This document shows positions 1-10,586 of a stretch of 64,000 nt of DNA, in pieces. The DNA comes from Planctomycetota bacterium. GTDB lineage: Bacteria; Planctomycetota; UBA1135. Numbering within the stretch: position 1 is the first letter of the stretch; the number at the start of each line of letters is the position of its first letter. A program made the position numbers and the translations under genes. The stretch covers positions 217,771 to 281,770 of the forward strand of contig JAJFFC010000014.1 in NCBI GenBank assembly GCA_021776795.1, given 5' to 3'. Below the pieces are notes generated by a model. It was not told the origin of the DNA. It saw only the letters and a list, made by a program, of their open reading frames with translations, and did not search any database.

Positions 1-1200
1 AAGATTCCCGGCTTCCGCCCCGGCAAGGCTCCGGCCTCGGTGCTGCGGCAAATGTTGGGCGATGGCATTACCGAACACGCACGTGAGCATTTGTTCGACC
101 ACTGCGCCAACGATGCCCTGGCCGTGGTTGGACTGCGCAGCTTGGTGTTGCGCACATTGGACTTTGATCCAAGCGAACTCGAAGTCGACGAAGAAAAGGA
201 TTTGGAATTCGCCTTCGAGGTCGAAACCATGCCCGCCGTCGAACTTCCCGAGTGGAGCGAAATCGAAGTCGATGCCGAAGAAACCGAGCCGACTGAAGAG
301 CAAGTCGTCGAAGCAATTCAGCACTTGGCAGGAAACAACCCCAAGTTTGATGAAGTCGAAGGCGGTGCCGTCGATGCGGAAAATCTTGCCGAAGTCGACC
401 TGGTCTACATGCTTGGCGACGAAGAAGGTCCTACCGCCGAAGGTCTGAAGTTTGCCTTAGGTTCCCCACTTTATGGCGCCGACCCCGATGCTTACGACGC
501 CGCCCTGCAGGGCACCGAAGCTGGCAGCGAGTTCGACTTGGAAGTTGAATTCAATGAAGGCTTCTCCCAAGAAGAGTGGGTTGGCAAGAAGGGCATTGCT
601 CGGATTAAGGTCAACAAAGTCGTCGCCGGTCGCGCAGCTACCGAAGAAGAAATGGTCGAAGCCTTTGAACTGGACAGCGTTGCCGACCTCGAAGAGCGCC
701 TGCGCGTGCGCCTCGCTTCGGACAACGAGCAGCGCGAACGCGAGCGTCAAGCCCACGCCGCTCTCGACGCCATCCTCGAGCTCAAGCCATTCGATCTCTC
801 CCCGCGCATGATCGACGAAGAGGCTGATGCCTCGCGCAAGTCGAATATCGAGCGCATGCAGCAGCAGGGCGCTACCGAGGAGCAGGCCGAAGAGGAGGCC
901 AGCAAGCACGACGACACCCTCAAGACCGACGCCGAGCGTCGCCTCAAGCATTGGTTCATCCTGCGCCGCCTGGCTCAGCAAGAGAAAGTGCGCGTCAGCT
1001 CGCGCGATGTCGACAACGCCTTCAAGGCGATTGCCCAACAGCAAAACGTCGACGTGGCCATGCTCAAGAAGTTCTACAAGGAGCGCAACATGACCGATAA
1101 TCTCCGCGGCGAGATTCTTGAGTCCAAGGTTCGCGCCCATCTGGTCGATAAGCTCAATAAGCAGCGCCAGGCGGCACTCTCCGCCCCGCTCGAGTCCTAA
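1..1200 (+). CDS. tig: Trigger factor (5'-truncated by window edge)
   Basis: Frame +1 is open from base 1 and reads [11 protein letters not shown] (ribosome-binding GFRxGxxP signature), continuing into ORF 40..1200; lies directly upstream of clpP-clpX. Confidence 0.92.
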   Translation, partial: KIPGFRPGKAPASVLRQMLGDGITEHAREHLFDHCANDALAVVGLRSLVLRTLDFDPSELEVDEEKDLEFAFEVETMPAVELPEWSEIEVDAEETEPTEEQVVEAIQHLAGNNPKFDEVEGGAVDAENLAEVDLVYMLGDEEGPTAEGLKFALGSPLYGADPDAYDAALQGTEAGSEFDLEVEFNEGFSQEEWVGKKGIARIKVNKVVAGRAATEEEMVEAFELDSVADLEERLRVRLASDNEQRERERQAHAALDAILELKPFDLSPRMIDEEADASRKSNIERMQQQGATEEQAEEEASKHDDTLKTDAERRLKHWFILRRLAQQEKVRVSSRDVDNAFKAIAQQQNVDVAMLKKFYKERNMTDNLRGEILESKVRAHLVDKLNKQRQAALSAPLES

Positions 1201-1229
1201 ATCTCTGGACTTACCCCCAACCGGAACGC

Positions 1230-1235
1230 TACGTT
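1230..1235 (+). promoter_or_regulatory. Putative -10 hexamer (TACGTT) 6 nt upstream of the clpP ATG
   Basis: TAnnnT at the same spacing as at many other starts in the window; TGGACT at 1206-1211 (18-nt spacer) is a possible -35. Confidence 0.45.
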
Positions 1236-1241
1236 TACGCC

Positions 1242-1856
1242 ATGACCTCCTTCGAGCACAGTCCTGAGCAAGGCTTCTCCATTCCCTATGTGATTGAGAA
1301 GACCGGCCGCGGGGAACGCACCTACGACCTTTACTCGCGCCTCCTTGAGGACCGGATCGTGTTTTTGGGTACCGGCGTCGACGACATGGTCGCCAACGTC
1401 ATCGTCGCCCAGCTCTTGTTCCTGTTTAAGCAAAACAAGACTCAGGACATCCAGATGTACATCAACTCGCCTGGTGGCTCGGTCACCGCGGGCTTGGCCA
1501 TCTACGACACCATGCAGTACATTGACTGCGATGTCGCCACCTACTGCATTGGTCAATGCGCCTCCATGGGCGCGGTGCTGCTGGCCGGCGGCGCCAAGGA
1601 CAAGCGTTTTATTCTGCCCAACTCGCGCGTGATGATTCACCAGCCTTGGGGCGGCACGCAAGGTACAGCCAGCGATATGGAGATCCAAGTCAAGGAAATC
1701 CTGCAGTTGAAGGAGCGTTTGAATGGGATTCTCGCCCACCACAGCGGAAAAACCCTCAAACAGGTCGAAAAAGCCACCGATCGGGACAATTTCCTGTCAG
1801 CACAGGAATCTGTCGATTTCGGCCTCGTCGATAAGATCATCGGCGCCATCGAGTAG
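1242..1856 (+). CDS. clpP: ATP-dependent Clp protease proteolytic subunit
   Basis: [26 protein letters not shown] (catalytic Ser), RVMIHQP (His) and DRDNFLSA motifs. Confidence 0.98.
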   Translation: MTSFEHSPEQGFSIPYVIEKTGRGERTYDLYSRLLEDRIVFLGTGVDDMVANVIVAQLLFLFKQNKTQDIQMYINSPGGSVTAGLAIYDTMQYIDCDVATYCIGQCASMGAVLLAGGAKDKRFILPNSRVMIHQPWGGTQGTASDMEIQVKEILQLKERLNGILAHHSGKTLKQVEKATDRDNFLSAQESVDFGLVDKIIGAIE

Positions 1857-1873
1857 GATCGCCTCCTTTCCGT

Positions 1874-1879
1874 TACAAT
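1874..1879 (+). promoter_or_regulatory. Putative -10 hexamer (TACAAT) 6 nt upstream of the clpX ATG
   Basis: Near-consensus TAnnnT with no Shine-Dalgarno sequence between it and ATG 1886. Confidence 0.55.
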
Positions 1880-1885
1880 CGGACT

Positions 1886-3208
1886 ATGGCGCGCGGCCAA
1901 GACCGAGGAGAAATGGAATGCTGCACTTTCTGCGAGAAAGTGCGCTCACAGGTGGAATCGTTGATTGCGGGTCCTCCCGGGATTTACATCTGCAACGAAT
2001 GTGTGGAGATTTGCAATAGCATTCTCCATGAAGAGGATCGGCGTTTACGCCAGGTCCCTGCAGAGGAGGAAGCTGGTGCTCCTGAGGAGTTTCTCACCCC
2101 GCGCGAGCTCGTAACGCGCATGGACGAGTACGTCTATGGCCAGGTCGATGCTAAGCGCGTGTTGGCGGTTGCCGTGCACAACCACTACAAGCGCATGGAA
2201 ATGCGTACGCAGATCGAGGCCAGCAACGAGAAGCCAGCATGGGCCGACGTGGAACTTGAGAAGTCCAATGTGCTTCTGATTGGCCCCACCGGTAGCGGCA
2301 AGACTTTGCTCGCCCGGACCTTGGCACGGATTCTCAAAGTACCCTTCGCCATTGCCGACGCCACCACCCTGACCGAAGCCGGTTACGTCGGCGAAGATGT
2401 CGAGAACATCTTGCTTAAGCTTTTGCAGGCTTGTGATTTCGATCTTGCGCAGGCCCAGCGCGGCATCATCTATATCGATGAGATTGACAAGGTGGCACGC
2501 ACCACCCAAAACGTGTCGATCACCCGCGATGTCTCCGGAGAAGGAGTACAGCAATCGCTGTTGAAAATTCTCGAAGGCACGGTCGCCAATGTGCCCCCCC
2601 AAGGTGGGCGCAAGCATCCGGAGCAATCCTGCATCCAGATGGACACCACCGGCATTCTCTTTGTCTGTGGCGGCACCTTCTCGGGCATCGAGGAAATCAT
2701 CGGCCGCCGCGTCGGCGAAAGCGCGATTGGCTTCCACGGCGATTCCGCCGAGGCCGTTGCCGAAGAAATGTCCGAGCGCGACCGCTTGGTCCCCCAACTC
2801 GACACCAAAGACTTGATTGACTTTGGCTTGATTCCGGAATTCGTTGGCCGTTTGCCGATTCACGTGCATTTGCACGGTCTGGGCGTCGAAGACTTGGTGC
2901 ATATTTTGGTCGAACCCAAAAATGCCTTGGTGCGCCAGTATCAGGCGTACTTCGCCATGGAAGGCCATCAGCTCGAGTTTACCGACGAAGCTCTACAAGA
3001 GATTTCGAGCCTGGCTTTTGCACGGCAAACCGGAGTTCGTGCGTTACGTTCGATCTTGGAAGGTGTATTGCATGAGCTTCTATTCCAGTTGCCTGAGTAT
3101 GGCAACGATGAATCACGAAGCTTCGTCATCTCTGCCGAGATGATTCGCCAAGGCAATGCCAACGTGCTACTCGAGGGTGGCACTGAGGATCGCCGAGAGT
3201 CTGCATAA
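1886..3208 (+). CDS. clpX: ATP-dependent Clp protease ATP-binding subunit ClpX
   Basis: N-terminal C4 zinc finger (CTFC...ICNEC), Walker A GPTGSGKT, Walker [19 protein letters not shown] and GGRKHP motifs. Confidence 0.98.
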   Translation: MARGQDRGEMECCTFCEKVRSQVESLIAGPPGIYICNECVEICNSILHEEDRRLRQVPAEEEAGAPEEFLTPRELVTRMDEYVYGQVDAKRVLAVAVHNHYKRMEMRTQIEASNEKPAWADVELEKSNVLLIGPTGSGKTLLARTLARILKVPFAIADATTLTEAGYVGEDVENILLKLLQACDFDLAQAQRGIIYIDEIDKVARTTQNVSITRDVSGEGVQQSLLKILEGTVANVPPQGGRKHPEQSCIQMDTTGILFVCGGTFSGIEEIIGRRVGESAIGFHGDSAEAVAEEMSERDRLVPQLDTKDLIDFGLIPEFVGRLPIHVHLHGLGVEDLVHILVEPKNALVRQYQAYFAMEGHQLEFTDEALQEISSLAFARQTGVRALRSILEGVLHELLFQLPEYGNDESRSFVISAEMIRQGNANVLLEGGTEDRRESA

Positions 3209-3214
3209 ACTTCA

Positions 3215-4951
3215 ATGACCTGGATGTTTCCACTCCTGCTGGCCTGCCTGCAGAACTCGGTTCCCTTCACCATGGACTTGCCGGAAAGCTATGGGGCTTT
3301 CCAAGCCGACCCGCAACGCGCGGGCACCTGGTCTTCGACTCGCGCCGATGGTTTAGGCAAAGTTTCGGTTGGGCGTTTTGACCTTGGCGTTCCAGGGGCC
3401 CAACTCGATTCCGTTCTAGAAGACATTGCCAATCGGCAATGGCGTCCGCGAGTCAAAGAACTCCCGGAGAGTTCTCTTGACCGATGGTCTGGCACCATGA
3501 GTGGCCTCAATGCCGGTGGCTGGGAAATTCGCTACCGCTACAACGAATCGATGATGGCCGTGACTCAGCAAGTCGCAATCACTGGCAATTATTTGATTCT
3601 GATGGATTGGTCTGGCCCCGCAGCAGCTCGCGAGGGCATGAAGCCTTACTTGGAAAGTCTGCAATTGCCAGCAGAGTGGCTTCCGGAGCCCACGCCCACG
3701 GTCGACGCTGCCCGCGGTCTGAGCGGAAATCTTCATAGCCCCTTTCCTGGGTCGCTGAGTATTGCCTTGGACTTGCGCAGCCTCGAAGAGGAAGAGCGCA
3801 TCGATGTGCTGGTGACTTATCACCCTGCCGAACCCGAAAAGGAACCCATCGTTTCGGGGGACCTGGCATGGCGCCTACCCGGCGCTGCCGTGCGCCTTCC
3901 GGTGAATCCTGGAGATGGCCGCAATGACGTGCGCTATTCGCTCAACATCAGCGAGAGTCATAACTACGGCAACGCCTACGGCATCACTCGTCTGCCCGGC
4001 GACAGCTTTGCCGCACTCGACCCGCTGTGGATTGCCCTGCCCATGACTTTGGTTGAGAGCGAGGAACTCTATGCCCCTCCACCTTGGAGTCTCACGGTCT
4101 ATCATTCCGCGCATTTGCGCTGCATGACCGCCAAGCCAGTGCTCACCAATTTCCAAGAGGACACTGGTGTCATGACTAGCGCCATGACTCAGCTTGAGGC
4201 TGGCCAAGCTTGGCCCTTCCTAGTGATGGCCCAGTATCAGCAGCGCCGAGAGCAAGAAGGCACTTGGTGGTTGCGTCTCGATGCGAAAGCACGCACCCCG
4301 AAGGAAGCGCTGAAAGCGCGCCGAGCCTTAGTGAAAACTGCAGCAGAACTTTGGGGCGAGGTTCCCGAGTTCACGTTGGCTTCTTTCCCTTACGTCGGCG
4401 ATCGCGTTCTGCCCGGCTTGCTGCTTCTCGATGAGCAGCGCGGTTGGTTCGACAAGCCCATCGATGGCCAACTCGATGACGCGCCACGCTTGGTGCAACT
4501 GGCGCGCTTGATTGCCCAGCAACGCTTTGGCGCCCGTTTGCGCGGAGAAGGCACAGCTGACCAGTTCCTCGAGCGTTCTCTGGCCGAGTTTGCCACGGTG
4601 CGCATGCTCGAAGATGTGGAATGGCCCGAGGCCGGCACCATGGCCGAGGAGCTTCGCCAATCCTGGCGCGAGCGCGAAGAAGCTGCAGGAGAACTCCCGC
4701 TTCCGCTGTCTCTGATCCCGGTCGATGACCTCTATGGCGCGCGGCGGTTGCTCAGCTTTGGCCCTCTAGTTTGGGCGGAAATCGAAGCCAAAATGGGCCG
4801 TGAAGCCTTTGACAGTATGCTCCAGGAGCGCACTGCCTCGCCCACGCGTTGGAGCTGCGCCGACCTCGAGAAAGACCTTCGCCAGCGCGCACCCGATGTC
4901 GATTGGGAACCCTTCTTGCGCGCCTCGCTCTACGGACGCGACCTGCCCTAA
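3215..4951 (+). CDS. Exported protein with a degenerate (probably inactive) M1-aminopeptidase-like C-terminal domain
   Basis: Short hydrophobic N-terminus; RLIAQQRFG...FLERSLAEF...GPLVWAEIEAKMGREAFDSML follows the gluzincin/M1 pattern but lacks the zinc ligands. Confidence 0.6.
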   Translation: MTWMFPLLLACLQNSVPFTMDLPESYGAFQADPQRAGTWSSTRADGLGKVSVGRFDLGVPGAQLDSVLEDIANRQWRPRVKELPESSLDRWSGTMSGLNAGGWEIRYRYNESMMAVTQQVAITGNYLILMDWSGPAAAREGMKPYLESLQLPAEWLPEPTPTVDAARGLSGNLHSPFPGSLSIALDLRSLEEEERIDVLVTYHPAEPEKEPIVSGDLAWRLPGAAVRLPVNPGDGRNDVRYSLNISESHNYGNAYGITRLPGDSFAALDPLWIALPMTLVESEELYAPPPWSLTVYHSAHLRCMTAKPVLTNFQEDTGVMTSAMTQLEAGQAWPFLVMAQYQQRREQEGTWWLRLDAKARTPKEALKARRALVKTAAELWGEVPEFTLASFPYVGDRVLPGLLLLDEQRGWFDKPIDGQLDDAPRLVQLARLIAQQRFGARLRGEGTADQFLERSLAEFATVRMLEDVEWPEAGTMAEELRQSWREREEAAGELPLPLSLIPVDDLYGARRLLSFGPLVWAEIEAKMGREAFDSMLQERTASPTRWSCADLEKDLRQRAPDVDWEPFLRASLYGRDLP

Positions 4952-4961
4952 CACCCGCGCC

Positions 4962-5891
4962 ATGCTGATCTACTACCACCGTGACTTTGACGGCATGGCC
5001 TCTGCTGCCATTCTTGCCGATGCCCTAGAGGCCACCGGCCGCGAGGAAAATGTGCGCTGGTCTGGCGTGAACTTCGACCGCACCTTGCATTGGGAAGAGT
5101 TCGCCATGGGCCAAGAGTTTGCCGTGGTGGATTTTCATTACCATCAGCGCGCGAAGTATTGGTTCGACCATCACCCCACGACCTTTCTGACGGCCGAAGA
5201 TGAAGCCAGCTTCACTCCCGATGATCGGCGCGCCTTCGATCCAACCTCGCCGTCATGCCCACCGATTGTGTTGCGCCATGCCGCAGAGCACTGGGGCTAT
5301 CAAGCTCCAGCCCACTTCGAGGAACTCGCGAAATGGTCCAACATCATTGATGCGGCCCAGTTTCAGTCTGCAGAACAATCGATGTTCGGCTCTGAGCCAG
5401 CGATTCGCGTGAGCCGTGCGCTGACTTGCGCACCGGACTTGAGTTTCCACGACAAGGTGGTGCGCATGATGCGCAAGAAGCCACTGGTCCAGGTCGCCAA
5501 CGACCCAACCGTGGACCGTTGTTATGAACGCAGTTGCCGCAACCGCGACAATGCCATCGATAACTTCAATGGCACCATTCGCATGAGTTCGGGAACCGCC
5601 TTAATGGCCGATTTACGTAGCCGCAAAATTCGCCGCGAGCGCTTCGCGCCGTTTTTCCTGCACCCGCATATCTTTTACGCAGTTACGGTGTTGCCCACTC
5701 GCGCAGGCGTGCACATTACGGTGGCCAGCAACCCATGGAATCGCCCGAAAGAAGGCATTCATCTGGGTGAGTTGCTCAAGAAATATGGTGGCGGCGGTCA
5801 CGAGGGTGTCGGCGGCTGCAACCCTCCCGACGAAGGCACCGCCATGCAATGGGCCGGCGAGCTCTACCGCAAGGTAGAAAACGTGGTGTAG
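4962..5891 (+). CDS. DHH-family phosphoesterase (nanoRNase/phosphatase-like)
   Basis: YYHRDFDG (motif I), VVDF, WFDHH and C-terminal GGGH; start moved to ATG 4962, just after the upstream stop. Confidence 0.85.
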   Translation: MLIYYHRDFDGMASAAILADALEATGREENVRWSGVNFDRTLHWEEFAMGQEFAVVDFHYHQRAKYWFDHHPTTFLTAEDEASFTPDDRRAFDPTSPSCPPIVLRHAAEHWGYQAPAHFEELAKWSNIIDAAQFQSAEQSMFGSEPAIRVSRALTCAPDLSFHDKVVRMMRKKPLVQVANDPTVDRCYERSCRNRDNAIDNFNGTIRMSSGTALMADLRSRKIRRERFAPFFLHPHIFYAVTVLPTRAGVHITVASNPWNRPKEGIHLGELLKKYGGGGHEGVGGCNPPDEGTAMQWAGELYRKVENVV

Positions 5892-5893
5892 AC

Positions 5894-6940
5894 ATGGACT
5901 CACTGCTCGAGCTCCACCCCCATGATTGGCCGCAACGCTTTGTGGCCTTAGGCGGCAAGCCCTTTCATGGACGCATTGCTGCGCGCTGGGTCTTCCGCCG
6001 AGCTGCGCGCAGCTGGCAAGAGATGACCGACTTGCCCGAGGCCTTGCGCGAGCGCTTGGAGCAGGAGCAAGCACTGGGAGCCGCCACTCTCGAGGAATTG
6101 AGTCGAGCAGAAGATGGCGCGGTCAAAGTCCTGCTTGGATTGCACGACGGCGCCACGGTCGAAGCCGTCGGTATGCCCGGAACTCAGGGGCGAACGATTT
6201 GCCTATCGACTCAGGTTGGCTGCCCGGTGAAGTGCCAGTTTTGCGCAAGTGGTCTCGATGGATTACAGCGCAATCTGACTCGCGGCGAAATTCTGGAACA
6301 GGCGCTTTGGCTGCGCCGAGAGCAAGGCGAAATCGGGCGCGTCGTGATCATGGGCATGGGCGAAGCTGGCCACAATCTCGACGAGGTGCTCCCCGCCCTA
6401 GACGTCCTTATGGACGAGGAAGGCATGGGCCTTTCTGCCCGACGAATCACCTTGAGCACCGTCGGACCCAAAGGAGCACTCGAGCGCATTGCCGCCTGGG
6501 GGCGGTCAGTTTCGCTGGCCTTGTCGGTGCATGCCGCACAAGACGAATTGCGTCACGAACTCGTTCCTGGGGTACGCAAACGCCGGCTAGAAGACACGCT
6601 CGACGAGGCGGACCGCCTGTTTGCCGCCAATGGGCGCGAGTACACGGTCGAATATGTGCTTCTAGAAGGAGTCAACGACCAGCCGCAACAGGCCGAAGCC
6701 CTCGCCCGTCGCCTCCGCGGCCGCCGCTGCCACGTCAACTTGATTCCCTTTAACCCCGTCTCGGAGCTGAACTTCCGCAGGCCGGCACTGGGAGTCCAGG
6801 AGGAGTTTCGGAAACGCCTGCGGGAGGCCGGGCTATCGGTTACCTTGAGGCGGAGCCTGGGCCGGGAAACCGACGCTGCCTGCGGACAACTGCGGCGGCG
6901 CTCGATGCCTTCGTCTGGCTCCTCCGTGACCGAAGTTTAG
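5894..6940 (+). CDS. rlmN: 23S rRNA (A2503)-C2 / tRNA methyltransferase RlmN (radical SAM)
   Basis: CLSTQVGCPVKCQFC (CxxxCxxC), MGMGE, TLSTVG, EYVLL, NLIPFN and C-terminal AACGQL. Confidence 0.93.
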   Translation: MDSLLELHPHDWPQRFVALGGKPFHGRIAARWVFRRAARSWQEMTDLPEALRERLEQEQALGAATLEELSRAEDGAVKVLLGLHDGATVEAVGMPGTQGRTICLSTQVGCPVKCQFCASGLDGLQRNLTRGEILEQALWLRREQGEIGRVVIMGMGEAGHNLDEVLPALDVLMDEEGMGLSARRITLSTVGPKGALERIAAWGRSVSLALSVHAAQDELRHELVPGVRKRRLEDTLDEADRLFAANGREYTVEYVLLEGVNDQPQQAEALARRLRGRRCHVNLIPFNPVSELNFRRPALGVQEEFRKRLREAGLSVTLRRSLGRETDAACGQLRRRSMPSSGSSVTEV

Positions 6941-6947
6941 CTCTCCA

Positions 6948-9900
6948 ATGCGCATCCTTTTTCTGCTCCTCGCCACTCTGCTCGGTGGCCTCCTTGGTGG
7001 TGGCCCCAGTGGAGGTAAGAATCCGTTCATTGAGAAACACCTCGCCTCGGCGAAGCGGCTTCTCGAAGAAGGCAAAGCGGCCGATGCTCGCCTCGAAGTC
7101 GAAGCCGCACTCGAGCGCGACGACCAACATCTTGGCGCCCTGGAGTTATGGGCCCGAGTCTCGGAAATGGCAGGCGACAAGGACACCGCCGCCTATGCCC
7201 TGCATGCTTGGCTGAACTTGGTCGAAGCAGCCGAGAAATCACCGGTTAGCCGAAAGGACATCAAAGCAATCGAAGAGCGGCTGGAGGCGATTGACTCCGA
7301 GGCCGATGGATTCCGCGATCTCACTTCCAGCTACATCAAAGAATTGTTGAAGCTAGAGAAGGAGCACGAAAAGAAAGGGCGCTTTCACTCCGCCCTGGCC
7401 TTGATTGAAGAAGTTCTCCAACTCGATCCGCGCAACAAAACAGCGCGCCAGCTACAGAAGGATATCCGCCGTAATGGCGCCGCCGATGTCGCCACCGAAG
7501 ATCTTTATGCCGGCACCGACCCTCTAGCAGGCGTCGACGCGGAGTGGATTGCCACCGAAGATGCCAAACACCTGGAGTGGGATGACCGCTACAGCAAAGA
7601 GACTGAGCACTACCGCATCCACACCAACGCTGGATACATCATCTTGCAAACGGCCGGGATTGCGATGGACCAAATGAACATGGCCTATCGCCGCTTTTTT
7701 CACTACAAGGAAGATGGCGGTGCAGTACCGAAGATCGACGTCAATGTGTTCAAGAGCCGTGACGAGTACCTAGAGCTCGGCCAAGGCCCGCCAGTGGAAT
7801 GGAGCGCTGGTCACTTTACAGGCAGTGCCGTAGAAACCTATGTCGGCGGAACCGGTGGTACCGATGGCATTCGCGGCATGTATTCCACGCTGTTCCACGA
7901 AGCGGCGCACCAGTTTGTTTCCTTGACCGGCAAAGGCGGTGTGCCTGGCTGGCTGAATGAAGCCTATGCCAGTTTCTTCGAAGGCACGACCATTTTGAGC
8001 AACGGTACGGTGCGCTGGAATCAGGTCAACAACGGTCGCCTGTTTGCTTTGGCTCCACGCCTAGAAGAAGGCTGGATGAGCGACCACACCGATGGCGTAC
8101 GAGGGAGTGACGGCGATTGGGGCAATCCCACCAAGGCACCTAGTCTGCGCATCTTAATTGAGAATGAATACCAATGGGGTCCACCTTGGTACGCACCCAC
8201 TTGGGGGGTGGTGTATTTCTTGTACAACTACCGCGACCCTAACACCGGGATTGCGGTATTGCGCGACCCCCTTCACGATTACTACCTGTCCGGTGCGGCC
8301 TCGCGTTCTCTAGACAGCCGCGTGCCGCATTTTGAAGAGATTGTGCTGAGCGGCGAAAATGCTCCTGCCAAAACGATCGACGAGCTCAATCCAATCTGGA
8401 AGGACTGGCTGCTCACCTTGCGCGATCGCCAGTTAGGCAAAGAAGGGACTTCGGAAGACCTTTTGCACTACGCGGACTTGGCGCTAGAGCGCGACGACTC
8501 TGAGCTCGCCCAGGAACTTCTAGAAGAAGCCCTGCTCTACTCTCCTGATGACCCCGAAGTCATGTGGAAACTTGCTGGCGTCTTACATGAACTTGGTTTA
8601 GATGATCGCGCTTCCGCACAGTATCGCGCCTTTGCTGCCGAGCTTGAGTTGCGCGGCCGCAACGATGACGAACGCTACGCCAAAGCGCGCAAGCTGATGG
8701 AAGAGCTGGACCCCCTTTTCCAGCGCCACAAGAAACTGAAATTGCGCCTTGGCGTAGAAGGATTAGAGCTGGCCAAGAGTTATCGCAGGCGCGGCATGCC
8801 GCGCATGGCCATGGAAATTGCACGACGCATGTCTTCGAGCTGGTCGATTCCGGAAGCACTCGAGTTCTACACCGAAGTCGCTCGCGAATCCGGCATCAGT
8901 TTGGCGCGGTGGAAAGTTGCCTATAACGAACTCACCCTCGATGGCTGGCAGTCCAACAAGTATTACCGCGCCTACGGCAAAATGATCGAGGCCGATGTCG
9001 TCAACGATGACTCCATCGAAACCAGCGAAGGCTCGTTCCAAACCCAGGAACTCGCCGCCGACGTCCTCTTCGATGCCGATTACTCCATCGAGACCGAACT
9101 GCGTTTTGGCGCCAAGCCAGGCATGATGGGCCTGTGCTTCGGCCGCAAAGACGCACGCAATACCCACGCCGTAGTCCTGCACCCCAAGGGCTCACTCGAT
9201 GTCTCCACCAAAGCTGGTGGCAACTGGCGCATTCGCGACCACCAGCAGTTGCCTCTCGAACCTACTTGGCACAAGCTGCGCATCGACGTGGTGACGGCCT
9301 CCGATGGCAAGGCTGTCGTCGATATTTACTTTGACGACCGCTATCTGCGCTCAGTCACGATGCCTCGAGATAGCGTGCGCGGCGCCTTTGGGTTGATTCA
9401 TGGCACCGGCAGTGGCCACTTCCGTGAAGTGCGCATTCTGGCCCGCGACCCGCATGACCCAGCTGCACGGATTGAACGTGAACTGGCTCTAGAAGCGCGC
9501 GCCGAAGATGAATCGCTGCGTCAGCCGGGCGCCTTCCAGGGCTTCAACCCTCCGCCGCTCCAAGGCAACGGTGGCGAGTGGATTCAGGGCGAGCCACTGA
9601 CCATTGCCGAGATGTACGGCAAGCCCATGGTCATTGCCTTCTGGACGCCGCACCAGGACAAGCTCATCCCGACATCGGCCTACTACGCCAGTTTGGTCGA
9701 GGCTTGGGAAATGTTCGGACTAGAGGTGGTGGTGGTTGCTGGCAATCAGTTCCAAAAAGGTGAAGTGCTCGCTTGGATGGAAGACAACGCCATGGAGGGG
9801 GTTCGCGTGCTTTACGACAAATCGCACCGATTGTTCCCTCTGTACAACGTGGTTGCGGGAGGCTGGGAGCTGCCACGCATCCTCGTGGTCGACGTCGACG

Positions 9901-10565
9901 GCACCGTCGCTTGGGAAGGTGACCCCAACTTGCATTTGGAAACGGGCTGGGATCCCAACTACCCCATCGCGACCCCCGTCGACCATGCCTTGGAAGACTT
10001 AGTCGCAAGTCGGCACCTCCTCGAATTGGTGGATTTAGGTGCGCGTCTGCCTAAGGCACGCGGCCAATTTGAAGAAGGCAAACTGCGCGAAGCTCTCGGC
10101 ACCATTCTGCCTTTGGCGGAAATCGATGCCACCTTTGATCCACGCGTGCGCGAGGCACGCCAACTGCGCGACGAGATTGAAGCTCTCGGCGCAGAATTGC
10201 CGGTTCAGGCAGAGGCCGCCGAACTGGATGGCTACCCATTGCTTGCCCGTGCCCTACTGTGGAAGGCTGAGGAAGAGTTCCCTGGCACCGGCATCGCCGA
10301 CCTCAGTTCCTCACGCCGCCGTCGCTTGGAGCGCACCGGGGATTACCGTGACGCCAAGAAGGCATGGAGCCGCTTGGAACGCGCCGCCAAGGAAGGCGAA
10401 CGCGGTGGCGATGTCCTCAAAATCGATGGCTATCTCAGCGAAGCCTCGACCACCAGCACCTGTGCCGAGATTCAGGAGGCCGTCCAAGAATTACGCCGGA
10501 CCCTAAAAGAGTCCGGCGCAAAGTCCCTGCGGGCGAGCCTGCAGGAGTTAGAGCCCTCGGTTTAG
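6948..10565 (+). CDS. Large secreted multidomain protein: TPR-like, DUF1570-like HExxH domain, beta-sandwich and thioredoxin-like domain
   Basis: Signal peptide; TLFHEAAHQF...PGWLNEAYA; helical TPR-like stretches; WHKLRIDV...VDIYFD...GAFGL (ConA/DUF1080-like); GKPMVIAFWTP...LPRILVVDVDGTVAW (TlpA-like, no CxxC). Confidence 0.75.
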   Translation: MRILFLLLATLLGGLLGGGPSGGKNPFIEKHLASAKRLLEEGKAADARLEVEAALERDDQHLGALELWARVSEMAGDKDTAAYALHAWLNLVEAAEKSPVSRKDIKAIEERLEAIDSEADGFRDLTSSYIKELLKLEKEHEKKGRFHSALALIEEVLQLDPRNKTARQLQKDIRRNGAADVATEDLYAGTDPLAGVDAEWIATEDAKHLEWDDRYSKETEHYRIHTNAGYIILQTAGIAMDQMNMAYRRFFHYKEDGGAVPKIDVNVFKSRDEYLELGQGPPVEWSAGHFTGSAVETYVGGTGGTDGIRGMYSTLFHEAAHQFVSLTGKGGVPGWLNEAYASFFEGTTILSNGTVRWNQVNNGRLFALAPRLEEGWMSDHTDGVRGSDGDWGNPTKAPSLRILIENEYQWGPPWYAPTWGVVYFLYNYRDPNTGIAVLRDPLHDYYLSGAASRSLDSRVPHFEEIVLSGENAPAKTIDELNPIWKDWLLTLRDRQLGKEGTSEDLLHYADLALERDDSELAQELLEEALLYSPDDPEVMWKLAGVLHELGLDDRASAQYRAFAAELELRGRNDDERYAKARKLMEELDPLFQRHKKLKLRLGVEGLELAKSYRRRGMPRMAMEIARRMSSSWSIPEALEFYTEVARESGISLARWKVAYNELTLDGWQSNKYYRAYGKMIEADVVNDDSIETSEGSFQTQELAADVLFDADYSIETELRFGAKPGMMGLCFGRKDARNTHAVVLHPKGSLDVSTKAGGNWRIRDHQQLPLEPTWHKLRIDVVTASDGKAVVDIYFDDRYLRSVTMPRDSVRGAFGLIHGTGSGHFREVRILARDPHDPAARIERELALEARAEDESLRQPGAFQGFNPPPLQGNGGEWIQGEPLTIAEMYGKPMVIAFWTPHQDKLIPTSAYYASLVEAWEMFGLEVVVVAGNQFQKGEVLAWMEDNAMEGVRVLYDKSHRLFPLYNVVAGGWELPRILVVDVDGTVAWEGDPNLHLETGWDPNYPIATPVDHALEDLVASRHLLELVDLGARLPKARGQFEEGKLREALGTILPLAEIDATFDPRVREARQLRDEIEALGAELPVQAEAAELDGYPLLARALLWKAEEEFPGTGIADLSSSRRRRLERTGDYRDAKKAWSRLERAAKEGERGGDVLKIDGYLSEASTTSTCAEIQEAVQELRRTLKESGAKSLRASLQELEPSV

Positions 10566-10586
10566 AGGGCTCGTCACGGGCACGAT

